From positions 30,690,001 through 30,754,000 of the forward strand of contig OZ024740.1 of the NCBI GenBank assembly GCA_964016885.1: a stretch of DNA of 64,000 nucleotides. Reading direction: 5' to 3'. Source of the stretch: Eledone cirrhosa. Its lineage: Eukaryota. A model generated the notes under the pieces. It ran no database searches, was not told the origin of the DNA, and saw only the letters and a program-made list of their open reading frames with translations. Shown piece after piece: positions 43,990 through 56,144 of this stretch; within the stretch, counting starts at the first letter, position 1; each line of letters opens with the position of its first letter. The translations under genes and the position numbers were made by a program.

Positions 43990-45360
43990 TAGCCAACTGA
44001 TTACTGTCGTCAGTTATATCAAGAATGAAGAAATCTTAGAACACATTTTATTTTGTGATCCACTGAAGACCACCATAAAAGCACAGAATGCATTCAACCT
44101 AGTAGAAGAATTTTTGGATTGGCTATAAATGCCATTGGTTCCGGATGACGCTCCTGCTATACTAGGAAATGGATCTTGATTCGCAGCCTCTCTAAAAGGA
44201 ATGTTCCGGAGGTGCGTCATCGACATGCACAAGCAGCGAAAACTTTACTAAAAATTCAGAAGTTTTGTCAGCTTGTGTGAAGATTGTTAACTCAATTAGA
44301 GGAGGTTCCCTGAATCACCGTTTATTTCAAGCATTTTATGAAAGCATTGATTCCGAACACACGGTTCTCCTGTATCACACAGAGGTAAGATGATTATCCC
44401 GTGAACGTGTCTTGCAACGTTTATTTGAGCTTCGTGGGGAGATCAAGGCATTTTTAGATAAGCAAAAAGTAAATCTTCGTTCGCTTCTCCAGAATTTGTG
44501 CAAATGTTGGCATACTTACTGGCATATTTACTCGATTGAATTAACTGAATATTTCCCTCCAAGTAAGTAATATAGTCAGTCGATCGACTTTTGTCAAATC
44601 AATCGGACCGAGGAAACAATGTTTCCGTTGGTCTTTCCAATTGCTAATACTATCTATTGGTCACAACTCCAGGTAGAAGGAGCAACGTGAAATAAAGTGT
44701 CTTGCCCAAGGACATAACGCATCGCCCGGTCCGGGAATCGAACTCACAACCTCACGATTGCGAAACCAATTCTCTAACCACTCAGCCACGCGCCTTCACA
44801 AAGTAATATAAACATTGTTATTGCATATAAAAAGTTGACTTCCTTCAAAAATACGATTCAGCTGTGGATGAGAGATACTGAGAAGGGAAATTTGGTCAGG
44901 TTCCCATCTTTGGAAGAAGTTGTTGAAGAAGATGAGTTACTACTTCCAGACGTTGCTACAGCAATACAGGCACACCTTCAGCAGCTGTTGAATGTTTTTG
45001 ATAGATATTTTTCTGTGGGAAATTTAGAAGCCTACGACCATTGGATAAGGAACCCGTTTCTGTTTCAGTTAAGTGACATTCCTCTGAAGAGTCTTTGAAA
45101 GGGGAGATCATTGACATACAACATAATACAGTTGAAAAATGGTTTTCAAGGTGAAAACATTAGAGAATTTCTGGGCATCACAAATTGCAACATTCCCAAG
45201 CAAATCCAAGAAAGTACTTGATGTACTTGTTCTGTACGTAACAATCTGTCTTTGTGAAGTAGGGTTTTAAACTCTTCTTAATTTCAAAAGCAAGTTTCGA
45301 AACAATCTCGATACTCAGCATGACATACGCCTCGCTCTCAGCAAAATGGAACCCCGTAAA
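43990..45360 (+). pseudogene. hAT (Charlie/Buster-like) transposase fossil
   Basis: ILFCDPL, DDAPAILG, VKIVNSIR..LNHRLF, LLYHTEVR*LSR..VLQR, WIRNPF, LCEVGF, DIRLALSK; many stops. Confidence 0.82.
44580..44797 (-). mobile_element. tRNA-derived SINE inserted in the hAT fossil
   Basis: Minus strand GGCGCGTGGCTGAGTGG...GAGTTCGATTCCCGG. Confidence 0.7.
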
Positions 45361-45787
45361 TTTCGTGGCTGTTCATTAAATATATTTTATTACTTATTTA
45401 AAGATGCACTTCTTCAAAATTTTCAAATGTCAACACTTCCGGTTAGCGATCGTTTAAATAAACATTCATATATTTCCGTCACTAATTTTCTCCTAATGCA
45501 GTTTATATATAATATCGTCTTTTTTTAATGTATCATGGATTACGTTACTGGTTACATAAGAGGGTGTAACGCAGTCTTCGTTCAATTTCTGTGTGTATTG
45601 TCAATTACGATTTTATTTGATGTATCATATCTACATGCATATATACTTGCGTATAATATCAGTATACACACTACACATGCTAGCAGAAAACCACCCAAAA
45701 GGTGGTTTTTCTGCTAGTCACATTACAGATTAAAATATTTTGATTGAATATTTTCTGTGATTTTCAAAAAATTGTATTTATTAATCA

Positions 45788-47004
45788 CTAGCAGTGTATC
45801 CCGGCGTTGCACGGGTAAGAACATTGGTAATAGCACCTCCAATGAGAAACGTTTATTTCTGAGTGCCTGTTAAAAACTCACGAAAATATACCGACAGGAA
45901 ACTTGTTTTATTTGGAGAAAATTAAGAAGTTGAAAGTATAGTTTAGCTGTCTACGTGCATTGTTCATAGAAATATTGTTGAGCCCCTTCTTTTCATATTC
46001 CTCTGTTTTGGCCTTTTGGAGTAAATGTAAAAGAGAAAGTCACAGGTTAAGTTAGCAGAAGGTTCCAGTGTCATAGCAGTAAGGCGTAGGCTACTTACCT
46101 CAAAAGTTCATTCGCACCCTCTCCACTAAGTTACTCTTTCTCTCTATCCCTCTCGGTGCAGTCCCTTGCGAATTTCTCGCGTAGGCCTGGTGTAGATTTG
46201 CACTCGATCCATCTACCCGATGCACATGTCCGCTTTCTACGGCTTTTGAAGGAAGGAGTGACCAGTAGTACGTTGTTCGGTATTATTACGAAAAGGTGTA
46301 GCAGAGAATCCCGCGTGAACTAACAGCTCGGGAGGAAACTGCTTACCTCGAAGATTCATTCGCCATCGTTCTTGTCAATTTTGTAAAAATTATCTCCTGT
46401 GATTATTTATGTTTATATATATGTTAATCAATTTCTAGTTATTATAAAATGCTCAGACCTACTCGATAGAATCTTTGAGCTTATCTTCTGGGCAATATGG
46501 CGCACGCCGTTATGGCATGACACCCATAATTTTGATTTGGATTAAATTCATTTAATTTTATCTTAATTTTGGATATAGATATATAAATACGGCTCCTTAA
46601 TTGTAGAGCTAACTCTGTTGAAAGGAATCGACTGCTGTTTCTAGTTGTCGAATACCTATTCACGCCACTGGGACGAAGCTGCTGTGATGTGTAAACACAA
46701 CACGTGGTAGCAGCCAGTTGCAGATTTGAACTCGTTGTGTAAACATGGATTGCTGGAAATTTTTCTTCCTTGTTGATAATCCAAAAATATCCACTTCCGT
46801 GATTTACCATCTGATTAATTGGTGAAATATATTTCTTTAATGGAATATATACAGTGAAGATTAATCATATTAAAAGGTATCTATTTTTGAAGTTCTGGTC
46901 AACTTTATTTATTTGTTACCTACCTAGCTATGCGTGGTTACACGCTTGTAAAAATTATCTCCTGTGATTATTCATGTTTATATATATGTTAATCAATTTC
47001 TAGT

Positions 47005-47050
<46 letters not shown>

Positions 47051-47087
47051 GTGTATATATGTGTGTGTATATGTATATATGTATATG

Positions 47088-47181
<94 letters not shown>

Positions 47182-48231
47182 AATGTAGCGAAGATAATAC
47201 GTCAGCAATGACGTGTTCGTCAGAATGTCGTAAACCCCACAGTGGTGCCTGGCTCCATGCCCTGCCCTCCTTCTCCACTGGCACGCAGCTAGACAACCAT
47301 AGCCTGCACATCGGCGTTTCCCTGAGGCTCGGCCTCCGGATCTGCCAGCCACACCAACGTCGCTGCGGTTCCACCGTGGACTCTTTCGGCCTCCACCCGT
47401 TTTCCTGTCGCCACAGTGCCGGCCGCATTCCACGCCATGCTGCCCTCAACGAGGTCATAAAGCATGGCTTGGACGCTGCAGGCTTCCCTTCCCAGCTCGA
47501 GCCGGTGGGGATGGATCGAGGGGACGGCAAAAGGCCAGATGGCATGACCATCTTCCCGTTCCGCGGCGGCAAACCCCTCGTCTGGGATGCCACTTGCACC
47601 GACACTTTCTGCAGCCGCAACCTGGTGCAGTCTGAGACTGACCCAGGTTCTGCTGCACGTCGGGCTGAGGAGGCCAAACTCTTCAAATACCGGTCGCTCT
47701 CCGACAGGTTTGCGGTCGTACCCTTGGCAGTGGAGACTTCTGGTGTCCTAGGCCCCAGGGCTACCTCCTTATTCACCACCACAGGCGCTGAGCTGGCCAG
47801 CCGCAGGTATGAGCCCCACGAGTTGGAGTGGCTTTTCCAGCGCGTCTCCCTTGTCATCCTCCGGGGAAACGCCTTCACCATTCTGTCCGCCGGTGCTGTG
47901 GGTGGGCCCATCGCGTATCATTTTTGTAAATATGACAACAGTTTATGATTTTATTTAATTTTTGATGTTATTGTTTTGATTATACGCTATTTCTCTATAT
48001 AAAAAATAAATAAATAAATAAATAAATAAAGTTAATTAGATAGCCAAACATAACCAGTGCCTAACACCCCTTTAATAACAGAAAATTGAAAAATAAAAGC
48101 TGCAGTTAGTATCTTTAAACCGCAAGGAATATATAAATGCAAGTTTGAAGTCGATCGGAGTAGAAATATGGATTTGTATAGACTCTGCAAAAATGAGGAC
48201 ACACACACACACACACACGCACACGCACACG

Positions 48232-48268
<37 letters not shown>

Positions 48269-48294
48269 CAGTTTTATATATATATATGTATAGA
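45788..48294 (-). mobile_element. Possible non-autonomous Helitron (nested CRE fragment inside)
   Basis: Minus strand: A|TCTATAC..ATAAAACTG(GT)n 5' end at 48294; hairpin ACCCGTGCAACGCCGGGA + CTAG|T at 45788. Pairing of the two ends is inferred. Confidence 0.45.
47228..47922 (+). mobile_element. 5'-truncated CRE copy (zinc knuckle + RLE)
   Basis: Highly similar to 30190-30888 and in a single open frame. Confidence 0.88.
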
Positions 48295-48427
48295 TAGTAG
48301 TTAATTAATTAAATAGTAGCGGCTAAGTAGGTGATAATTTGACCTGGAAATTCAAGTTCTTTTGTATTGCGCGCTAGGGGTGCGGAATCGAATTTCAAAA
48401 TCTCAAGGGGTGTCGCGATAGCAAAGA

Positions 48428-48770
48428 GTTAGTTACAATCACGATTATATTTCTGACATCCTTCCATATTTAATTATCATAACTCACTCCACCGGACCCA
48501 GCCTTCCTTTAGGTGTAGTTACAATCACGATTATATTCCTGACATCCGTCCATATTTAAGGTTCATGACTCACTTCATTAGACCAGCGTTCCGGGGTGTA
48601 GTTACAATCACGATTATATTCCTGACATCCTTCTATATTTAAGTTTTATGACTCACTTCACTAGACCAGCGTTCCTTTAGGTGTAGTTACAATTACGATT
48701 ATATCTCTGACATCCTTCCATATTTAAGTTTCGCTTCACTAGACCAGCGTTCCCGGGTGTAGTTACAAAC
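48428..48770. repeat. ~85-bp tandem repeat, ~4 copies (further copy ~49551-49612)
   Basis: GTGTAGTTACAATCACGATTATATT..TGACATCCTTCCATATTTAA. Confidence 0.8.
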
Positions 48771-48807
48771 TATTTTATCTGTTTATAATCCATTATTTAT
48801 ATCTCGT

Positions 48808-48983
48808 TTGGCAGTATCGGTAGAGGGTCGGACGCCATGCTTTCCAGCATAGTTACGTCCCTTTACGATCTGAGTTCAAATCCCGCCGAGGTTGACTTTG
48901 CCTTTCATCCTTACGGGGTCGATAAAATAAAGTACCAGTAATGCACTGGGTAATTGCTGGCCTTGTGCCAAAAGTAGAAACAA
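48808..48983 (+). mobile_element. tRNA-derived SINE
   Basis: Same family as 22996-23176. Confidence 0.8.
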
Positions 48984-49225
48984 TTATTTATATCTCGTCT
49001 CTTATCATTTCTGACTAGAAGTACAAAGTAAGATATACGCCTATAATGAACTCGCAAAATCCAGTTATCACCTCCGAATATTTATCTTGATGTTTATTTC
49101 AGTTTTTATAATTGTTCTAAAATGTTGCCTGGCAGTTGTGTATGGGGTGTGACAATGTAATCACTTGATCGTCACTGTCAACACTGATTCGACATTTAAC
49201 CGGATCCGCGTGATTTGTTGTTGTT

Positions 49226-49545
49226 GTGATTATACGCTATTTCTCTATATAAAAAAAAAAAAATAAATAAATAAAGTTAATTAGATAGCCAAACATACAG
49301 ACAGATATTATAAGGGCTCGACGGAGATCGATAACCAGTGCCTAACACCCCTTTAACAACAGAAAATTGAAAAATAAAAGCTGCAGTTAGTATCTTTAGA
49401 CCGCAAGGAATATATAAATGCAAGTTTGAAGTAGGTGATAATTTTACCTGGAAATTCAAGTTCTTTTGTCTTGCGCGCTAGGGGTGCGGAATCGAATTTC
49501 AAAATCTCAAGGGGTGTCGCGATAACAAAGAGTTAAGAACCACTG
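49226..49545 (+). repeat. Direct duplicate of ~47978-48432 with differing internal deletions; ends in a hAT-like TIR
   Basis: Shared sequence; GTTAAGAACCACTG resembles a Charlie/Buster terminus (CAGTGGTTCT..). Confidence 0.6.
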
Positions 49546-49642
49546 CTTTAAGTGTAGTTACAATCACGATTATATTTCTGACATCCGTCCATATTTAATG
49601 ATCATAACTCACTCTTCTTCTTCTTCTTCTTCTTCTTCTACG

Positions 49643-49813
49643 GTCTGAGTTCAAATCCCGCCGAGGTTAACTGTGCCTTTCATCCTTATGGGGTCGATAA
49701 AATAAAGTACCAGTCGCGCACTGGGGTCGATTTAATCGACTTTCCCCTCCCCCCAAATTACTGGCCTTGTGCCTATATAAGAAACCATTATTAGTATTAT
49801 TATTATTATTATT
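49643..49813 (+). mobile_element. 5'-truncated SINE with (TTA)n tail
   Basis: Same core as the other SINEs. Confidence 0.75.
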
Positions 49814-50022
49814 GGTCTAATCGGACGTATTTTGCTCGCTCCCAGTAAGTCGCTTTATTTGCCTGTTAAAATTATTTGTTGTTAAATATTTCTTGTTGTG
49901 TAAGGGATATAAGCCCTTAGACTTTGCCCTGTGAAGGGGAAAGTATAATATTTGGGCCTTTTGGCCCAAATATTTGAACTTTTTTTTACATGTTAAAAAA
50001 TTTACGGAGAAAAAAAAAAAAC

Positions 50023-51995
50023 ATGGCTGAGCCACGCCCCAGCGATATGTCGGCTGTCGTGCGACAACGACGTAGAAGTTGAGAGGAACGCTACAGCGAA
50101 ATTAACACACATTGATAACACAAACACCACCACAAACAATGTAAACAAAGACACCAATGATACCAATGAGAACTCTAATTTTGAAAAAAATGACAGTAAC
50201 AGCGACAACGAAAATACAGATAACAATAAAAAACAAAAATAACAAATGCACCAACAATATCAACACCACTAATATGAAAACGAATAGCGACAACACCAAC
50301 AGCAACAATACCAACTGCACCGAGAACAACGGTGGCAACAAAGACAACAATGATAACAGCGACAGTGATAACAACAACACCAATAAGGACAACGTCAACA
50401 ACACCCCCAACGAAAACAAGAACACTTTCGCTGCGGCAGCAGCAAAAAAGAGGCCATGCTTCAACATGGACCTCTCAAACAAAGATGAAAAGTTGGCCCA
50501 GGCATGGAAGCTCATCAAGCAAGAGCAAACCTGGGCCAACTTAACTGTCCCGGTAGAAGCTATTGAGGCAGTGGAGCGCAGAACGGTGCATTATAGATGC
50601 ATCTCAGCACAAACCAAAAGGGCAGCTTTAATCACACAAGAAGATGTCGAAGTCGCGCTGAGGTGCATCAGAGAAGACACCGAATACATAGAGAGGAGCA
50701 GACAGTACGGCACCATTTCGGTGTTGTTCAAGTCAGAAGCCCTCGCTATGAAACACGCTATGACTCCTTGCAAAACCAGCAAGGTCATAATGTACCCCTC
50801 CCACATGGGAAAAAGAAAGGCCCGTTTCCGCATTCCCAGAATTCCACCAGGACTTGACATGTGGTGGCTTTGGGATGTGTGATTGTGGAGGGGACGGATA
50901 CCGTCCCTATAGAAGTGACCAGAACGGCCAGCGAGGACTGGTCCGGGGTTGACCTGGAGATCCTTCTCCAGATCAGGCCCGAGAATGTGAAGACAATCCC
51001 GGACCACATCCGCCTTCAGAATGGGACTGTCATTCACATTATGACCGAAGGGAAGAGGCCGCAGTGTTTTGTTTGTGGGGAAAAAACCCATTTGCGAGCC
51101 TTCTGCCCTCAACTGCTGAAAGAGGCAAAGGGTCGAAAAGCTCCATTGCTGCTTACGCCAGGGCGAGGACCACAACCAACACCAGCACCGGCAAAACCAC
51201 CAACAACACCAATAGAAAGACCACCACCAACATTGACCACCCAGGGGGGAAACGAGGAAAGCTGTCAAATTCCCCCTCCCCCCCAAAATACACACACCAA
51301 TAAAACCATAAACATACATACAGACACACTTACAGACACAGACCCCTCATCTATCAGTAGTGAAGATGAGGGAAAACCAAAATCCCCCAAAATACAAAAA
51401 AGGAAACACACAAAAAAAAAAAACTCAACAAAGCACAAAATTACCCACAATAAAAAACGCAGACACCACCTACGCAAACATTTCTCCAATAACACCAACA
51501 TCAACACCACCATCACCATCACCAGAATCCCCCAAACGCAAACAACCTAAACAGACGCAAGAACAAATATACACACAAACATCTGAAACCACAGACACCG
51601 CACTAACAACAAACACAGACACAACCGAAACAACACCACCAAAACCATCACCACCACAGCCACGCAAACAAATAAAATCACACCAACAAAACATACAAAA
51701 CTTCTTGCTCGTCAGGAGGGCCAACAAGGAACTGATGGCCCTCGTAGCACGAAGTGAAAATATACAAAAAGAGGGGGAAATGTTTAAATCGAACACATTT
51801 CGCGTGCTGGAAAATTTGGTTCTGGTGCGAATGTCGATCGATTTATACAAAGAAATACGAGACAGCTTTCCTCGGGACGTGGGAACCCCGAACGTAAAAC
51901 CCACTTCAAGACTTTTAAAGGGGTTCCCAAAAGAAACCCCACCAACTATGGAGGTCGAACAACCCGACATTCACAAGAGCCCGGAAGGTAAGTAA
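50023..51995 (+). pseudogene. LINE ORF1 (gag-like, CFVCGEKTHLRAFC), frameshifted
   Basis: ORF pieces 50157-50882, 50861-51550, 51360-51995; TFAAAA motif; CCHC. Confidence 0.75.
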
Positions 51996-52026
51996 ACCTT
52001 CCTCTCTCTCTTTTTAACCTGCTAAC

Positions 52027-55000
52027 ATGGCTGTATTAAGAGTAGGATGTTTAAATGTTCGAGGCTTGGGATCGTCCTGGAAGCAGGGTCACCTGCTCAA
52101 CGACCTCAGGTCTCTAGAAATGGATGTAATTGCCCTCAGCGAGACCAGGATTTCCGACACGCGCGCACTAGCCCCCATTTTCGACGACTGTCAGATCTTT
52201 GCATCTGTTAGCCGGTCGGGAATGGGAGGCGGGGTGGCAGTGCTGTTTAGGAAAGGCCTGGATCTCGAGGTAAGGTCGATCTTCCGGGACCCGGACGGGA
52301 AGTTGGTGGTCCTGGACGTGAACAATAACGAAGGTGGTGCCTTTAGACTGGTGGCCGTCTATGCTCCTACTGGGGCAGGACGGCCGGACTTCTTTAGACG
52401 CCTGGAAGCCGTTCTGGGCACGTCTCGCCCTTTACTGTTAGCGGGGGAGTGGAACGGCATCTTAGACGCACGCTGGGACTGTGTGGGAGTATCCGATAGG
52501 AGCGGCCGGGGGGGGGGGGGCGTGCAAACGCCTCAAGAACCTGATCAGCCAGTTCCAACTGTCTGACAGGTACCGACTAGATTTCCCTAATGCGCCAGTG
52601 TGGACCTGGGCCAACCGCATATGGTCATCTAGATCGTATATAGACAGGATATTCATTAGGAAAATAGACAGAAATAGTGTAGGCTGTCCACGTTTTGAAA
52701 CGGTCGCCTATTCAGATCACAAGTTTGTGATCTGTATGGTCGACCTAGATAAGACGCGTAGGTTAGGACCTGGTTACTGGAAGCTAAACATGTCATTTCC
52801 GGTACGTAAGGCTTACAGGGACCAGCTCAACAATTTAGTTAAGAAAAAGTTAACAGGGGGAGTCGACAACAATAGATGGTGGGGGGCTCTCAAAAGAGAG
52901 ATTAGATTAATGTCGATAGAGTTTAGCAAAGAAGTAGCGTTAGAGAAAAATAGAAAGGAGGGGGAGTTGGTAGATAAGTTAGACGAGGCTATTGGTAGTG
53001 GCATTGCAACTGACGTGCTAGCGGCGAGAATGGCATTAGACCATTTCTTCAATGCGAAACACGAAGGTTGCATTGTCAGAGCTAAGGCGCGTGCTCTGAG
53101 AAACGAGGGAACCAAAGCTGTTCGATGGGCCCGCGTGGCAGAGGCGCAGCGTGGTAATAAAACCACGATTCATTCTTTGATGGACCGAGACGGACACGAG
53201 CTGAGCGATTCCAAGCGGATGTGTGAGGCCTTTCGCCAACATTTTGCTCGGTTGTTCGGGGGAAGTGGCGGGTCAGAGATGGTGGCGGACTTCAGTCCCT
53301 ACCTCGATGGCTTGCCGCAACTCTCGACGGCTGACGCTGGGCGCTGCGAAAGGCCAATTACTTCAGCCGAGATTCAGGATGCTCTTGTCGGCTGCATGAG
53401 GCGCAAGTCACCCGGTTTGGATGGTCTGCCCTACGAGCTTTACGTAAATATGCCAGACTTGTTCTCCAATCTCCTCGAAGCCCTCTACTGCAACTGGCAG
53501 CAAAACGGGAGTATTCCCAGTTCTGTGAGCCGGGGCGTAGTGACGCTGATAAGGAAAGACGAGAACAAGAGGGACACATTAGACAATTTCAGGCCCATAA
53601 CTCTGCTCAACACAGAGTTTAAGATTTTGGCCAGTGTGTTAGCGAAGAGGTTGGCGCCTGTCGTCGGGGATTTGGTTGGGGAGGCGCAAACTTGCGCAAT
53701 ACCAACCAGGTCCATACACGACAACCTCCACCTAATGCGATACATCATAGAGAGGGTAGGGTGTAAACCTGGCTTCGGTGGGGCTCTGATCAATTTAGAT
53801 CAATCGAAAGCATTCGATAGGTCGACCATCGGTACCTGGAGGCTGTCCTCAAGGCGGCTGGCTTCGGCCCCGTCTTCAGAAGCTGGATCGCTGCAATGCA
53901 CAGCAGCACCTGCTCGATGGTCAAAATTAATGGCCACCTCTCGGAACCGTTTCAGGTCTCCCGATCGGTCCGTCAAGGGTGCCCTCTCTCCTCCCTTGTG
54001 TACGTATTGACTCTCGAGCCTTTACTGCTGAAGCTGTTGCAGGGCATCCCGCTCGAACCGGGACGCGGAAAGGCTGTGTCGGCTTATGCGGACAACATCA
54101 CCGTGATGGTGTCGGACACCTCAGAAATCGAGGTGGTCGGCAACTTATTGGAGGAATATGAAAGGTTGACGGGAGCAAAACTTAACCCGGAAAAGTCAGT
54201 GGGCTTGCAACTCGGCACCTGGAGAGGCAAGTCCATGCCGTCCAACAGCGTCGTTAGGCTCTGGACGGACGGACCGGTAAAGTTGCTAGGGGTTTGGTTC
54301 GGGCCAGACCTCCAGGTGGATAAGAATTGAGACGAGGTGACGGGCAGGGTAGCCAGTCTCACCCAGAAATGGGCTGGGATGAAGCTATCACTGAAAGGTC
54401 GGGCGGAGGTGGCGAACGCGTACATCGCGTCCGTCATCTACTACCGTCTGACCGTCGTCCCTTGCCCCCGTTCGCGCCTCGCCATCTTGGAGCGGCTCCT
54501 CTTCAAATTCTTGTGGAGGGGTCAGGTTCCGCTGGTGAGGCGGTCCATCTGCTGCCAGCACCCTCTACGTGGAGGGCTGGGCATGCCGTGGCTAATGATG
54601 CGCAGGCACGCGCTGAGGCTGCGGCATCTCCAGATATTCTGCCTAAACGGTGAAAAGGTGTGGTCGCCGTTTGTCAGACGGCCCTTTCCGCAGCTCGTTT
54701 CTTTGACTGAGCTGCAGTCCTGGGTCAAGAAGAGACCGAGACTGGGTGACTGGCATCTGGAATGTTGCCAGGCACTCACTTCCCTCAACCAGGCGGGCAA
54801 TGCGGTCAGTGGAACTTCCACTCTCGAGTTCTATAGAGGATTAGTGGACGACGCACTCGGACAGGCTCTGGGAGTCAACGAAGTCGAACTAACCAGTCTG
54901 TACCGGAGGACTTTCGAGCCGGGGACCATGGATAATTTCCAAAAATCCCTCGCTTGGCAGTGCTACCGGGGGGCACTGCCGGTGCGAGATAAACTCTACA

Positions 55001-55443
55001 GGCACGGAAATGCTGCCAGACGGACCTGCCGGAGATGCGCGCAGAGCGACGAAACCGTTCTGCACGCACTCGCCCAGTATCCGTGCATTACTGACTTGTG
55101 GAGTTATGTTGAACAGCTGTTCTCGCGTGTAGAACGGATCCGGCTATCGACCGAGTCCATAGTGAAGTTCGACCCGCCGCCTTCTTTTGGCCAGGAAGGG
55201 CAGGCAATTTTCCTCTGTCTGGTGGCAGTAGCGAAAGAGGTTGTATGGTGGACGAGGTTGAAAGGACTGAAGACAGACACTTTTCTCTTCGGCCAATCCC
55301 TCATCAACTTTTTCAAGTTTCACTTGGAAAAGAAGTTGAGTGTGGAGAGAGAAGTGCTGCCCCCCAGTACATTTGCTGAAAGGTGGGTGAATGTGGCGAG
55401 AATGGCCCGTGTGAGTGGGCCTACTCTGGTCATGCGGCTGTAG
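52027..55443 (+). pseudogene. LINE ORF2 (APE endonuclease + RT), frameshifts ~52510 and ~53820, stop 54328
   Basis: LNVRGL, LSET, VYAP, SYIDR, SDH, YWKLN, KSPGLDGL, FRPITLLN, LDQSKAFD, VRQGCPLS, AYADN, GGLG, CRRC..ETVLH. Confidence 0.92.
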
Positions 55444-56144
55444 GGAGGTAAATCTGAGGAGGAGAGGGGGTGCCCTTCCAGGGTGCTCTCGAAGCGTCGG
55501 GTCATTCAGGACTGGTGGGGTACCTGAGCCAACCCTGGGTGATCATCCTCCCTATTGGGGAATTTTTTTCTTGTAATTTTCTTGTTACTTTATTGTTACT
55601 TTGTTATTGTGATTCATATTGTTTACTCGATTTTTCTGTAAAACCCCACTGTCCCAGTCTTTTGTATTGTCCCCTATATGTTGGCCCTTGTGGCCAATAA
55701 ATGAAATCCTTATTATTATTATTATTGTTGTTGTTGTTAACATCGTCACTTTTGTTGCTGTTTCTGTTGCTTGTTATCATCGTCACCGTTGTTGTTGTTA
55801 TTATCTTTATCGTTGTTCTTGCTCTTGTTGTTGTTGTTTACTATTTTCTTATCACATCGTTGAAATTATCTCTTCTCATGCTGTTGAAAAGTACAATACA
55901 TTATATGTAGTGTGACCAGAGGCAGGGCGTGTTTACACATTATTAATCAGGTAACCCAGATATTTTATAAAATGAATAGCACAAAGTTTAAATAACAGTA
56001 ATTTGTGTCCAGAAATAGTTATGAAAATGAAAAATACATGCAAATGACGTTTGAAATACTAGAGACATTATGTGCTCCACCACCACCACCACACTACCAC
56101 CATCACCACCACCACCACATACATTCTACCAAGCACATAACGGT

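Larger units (their letters stand above)
49814..55710 (+). mobile_element. Near full-length Tx1/L1-clade LINE, decayed, inserted in (TTA)n
   Basis: ORF1 with CCHC knuckle; ORF2 APE+RT+zinc finger; AATAAA near 55696 followed by (TTA)n. Confidence 0.88.
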
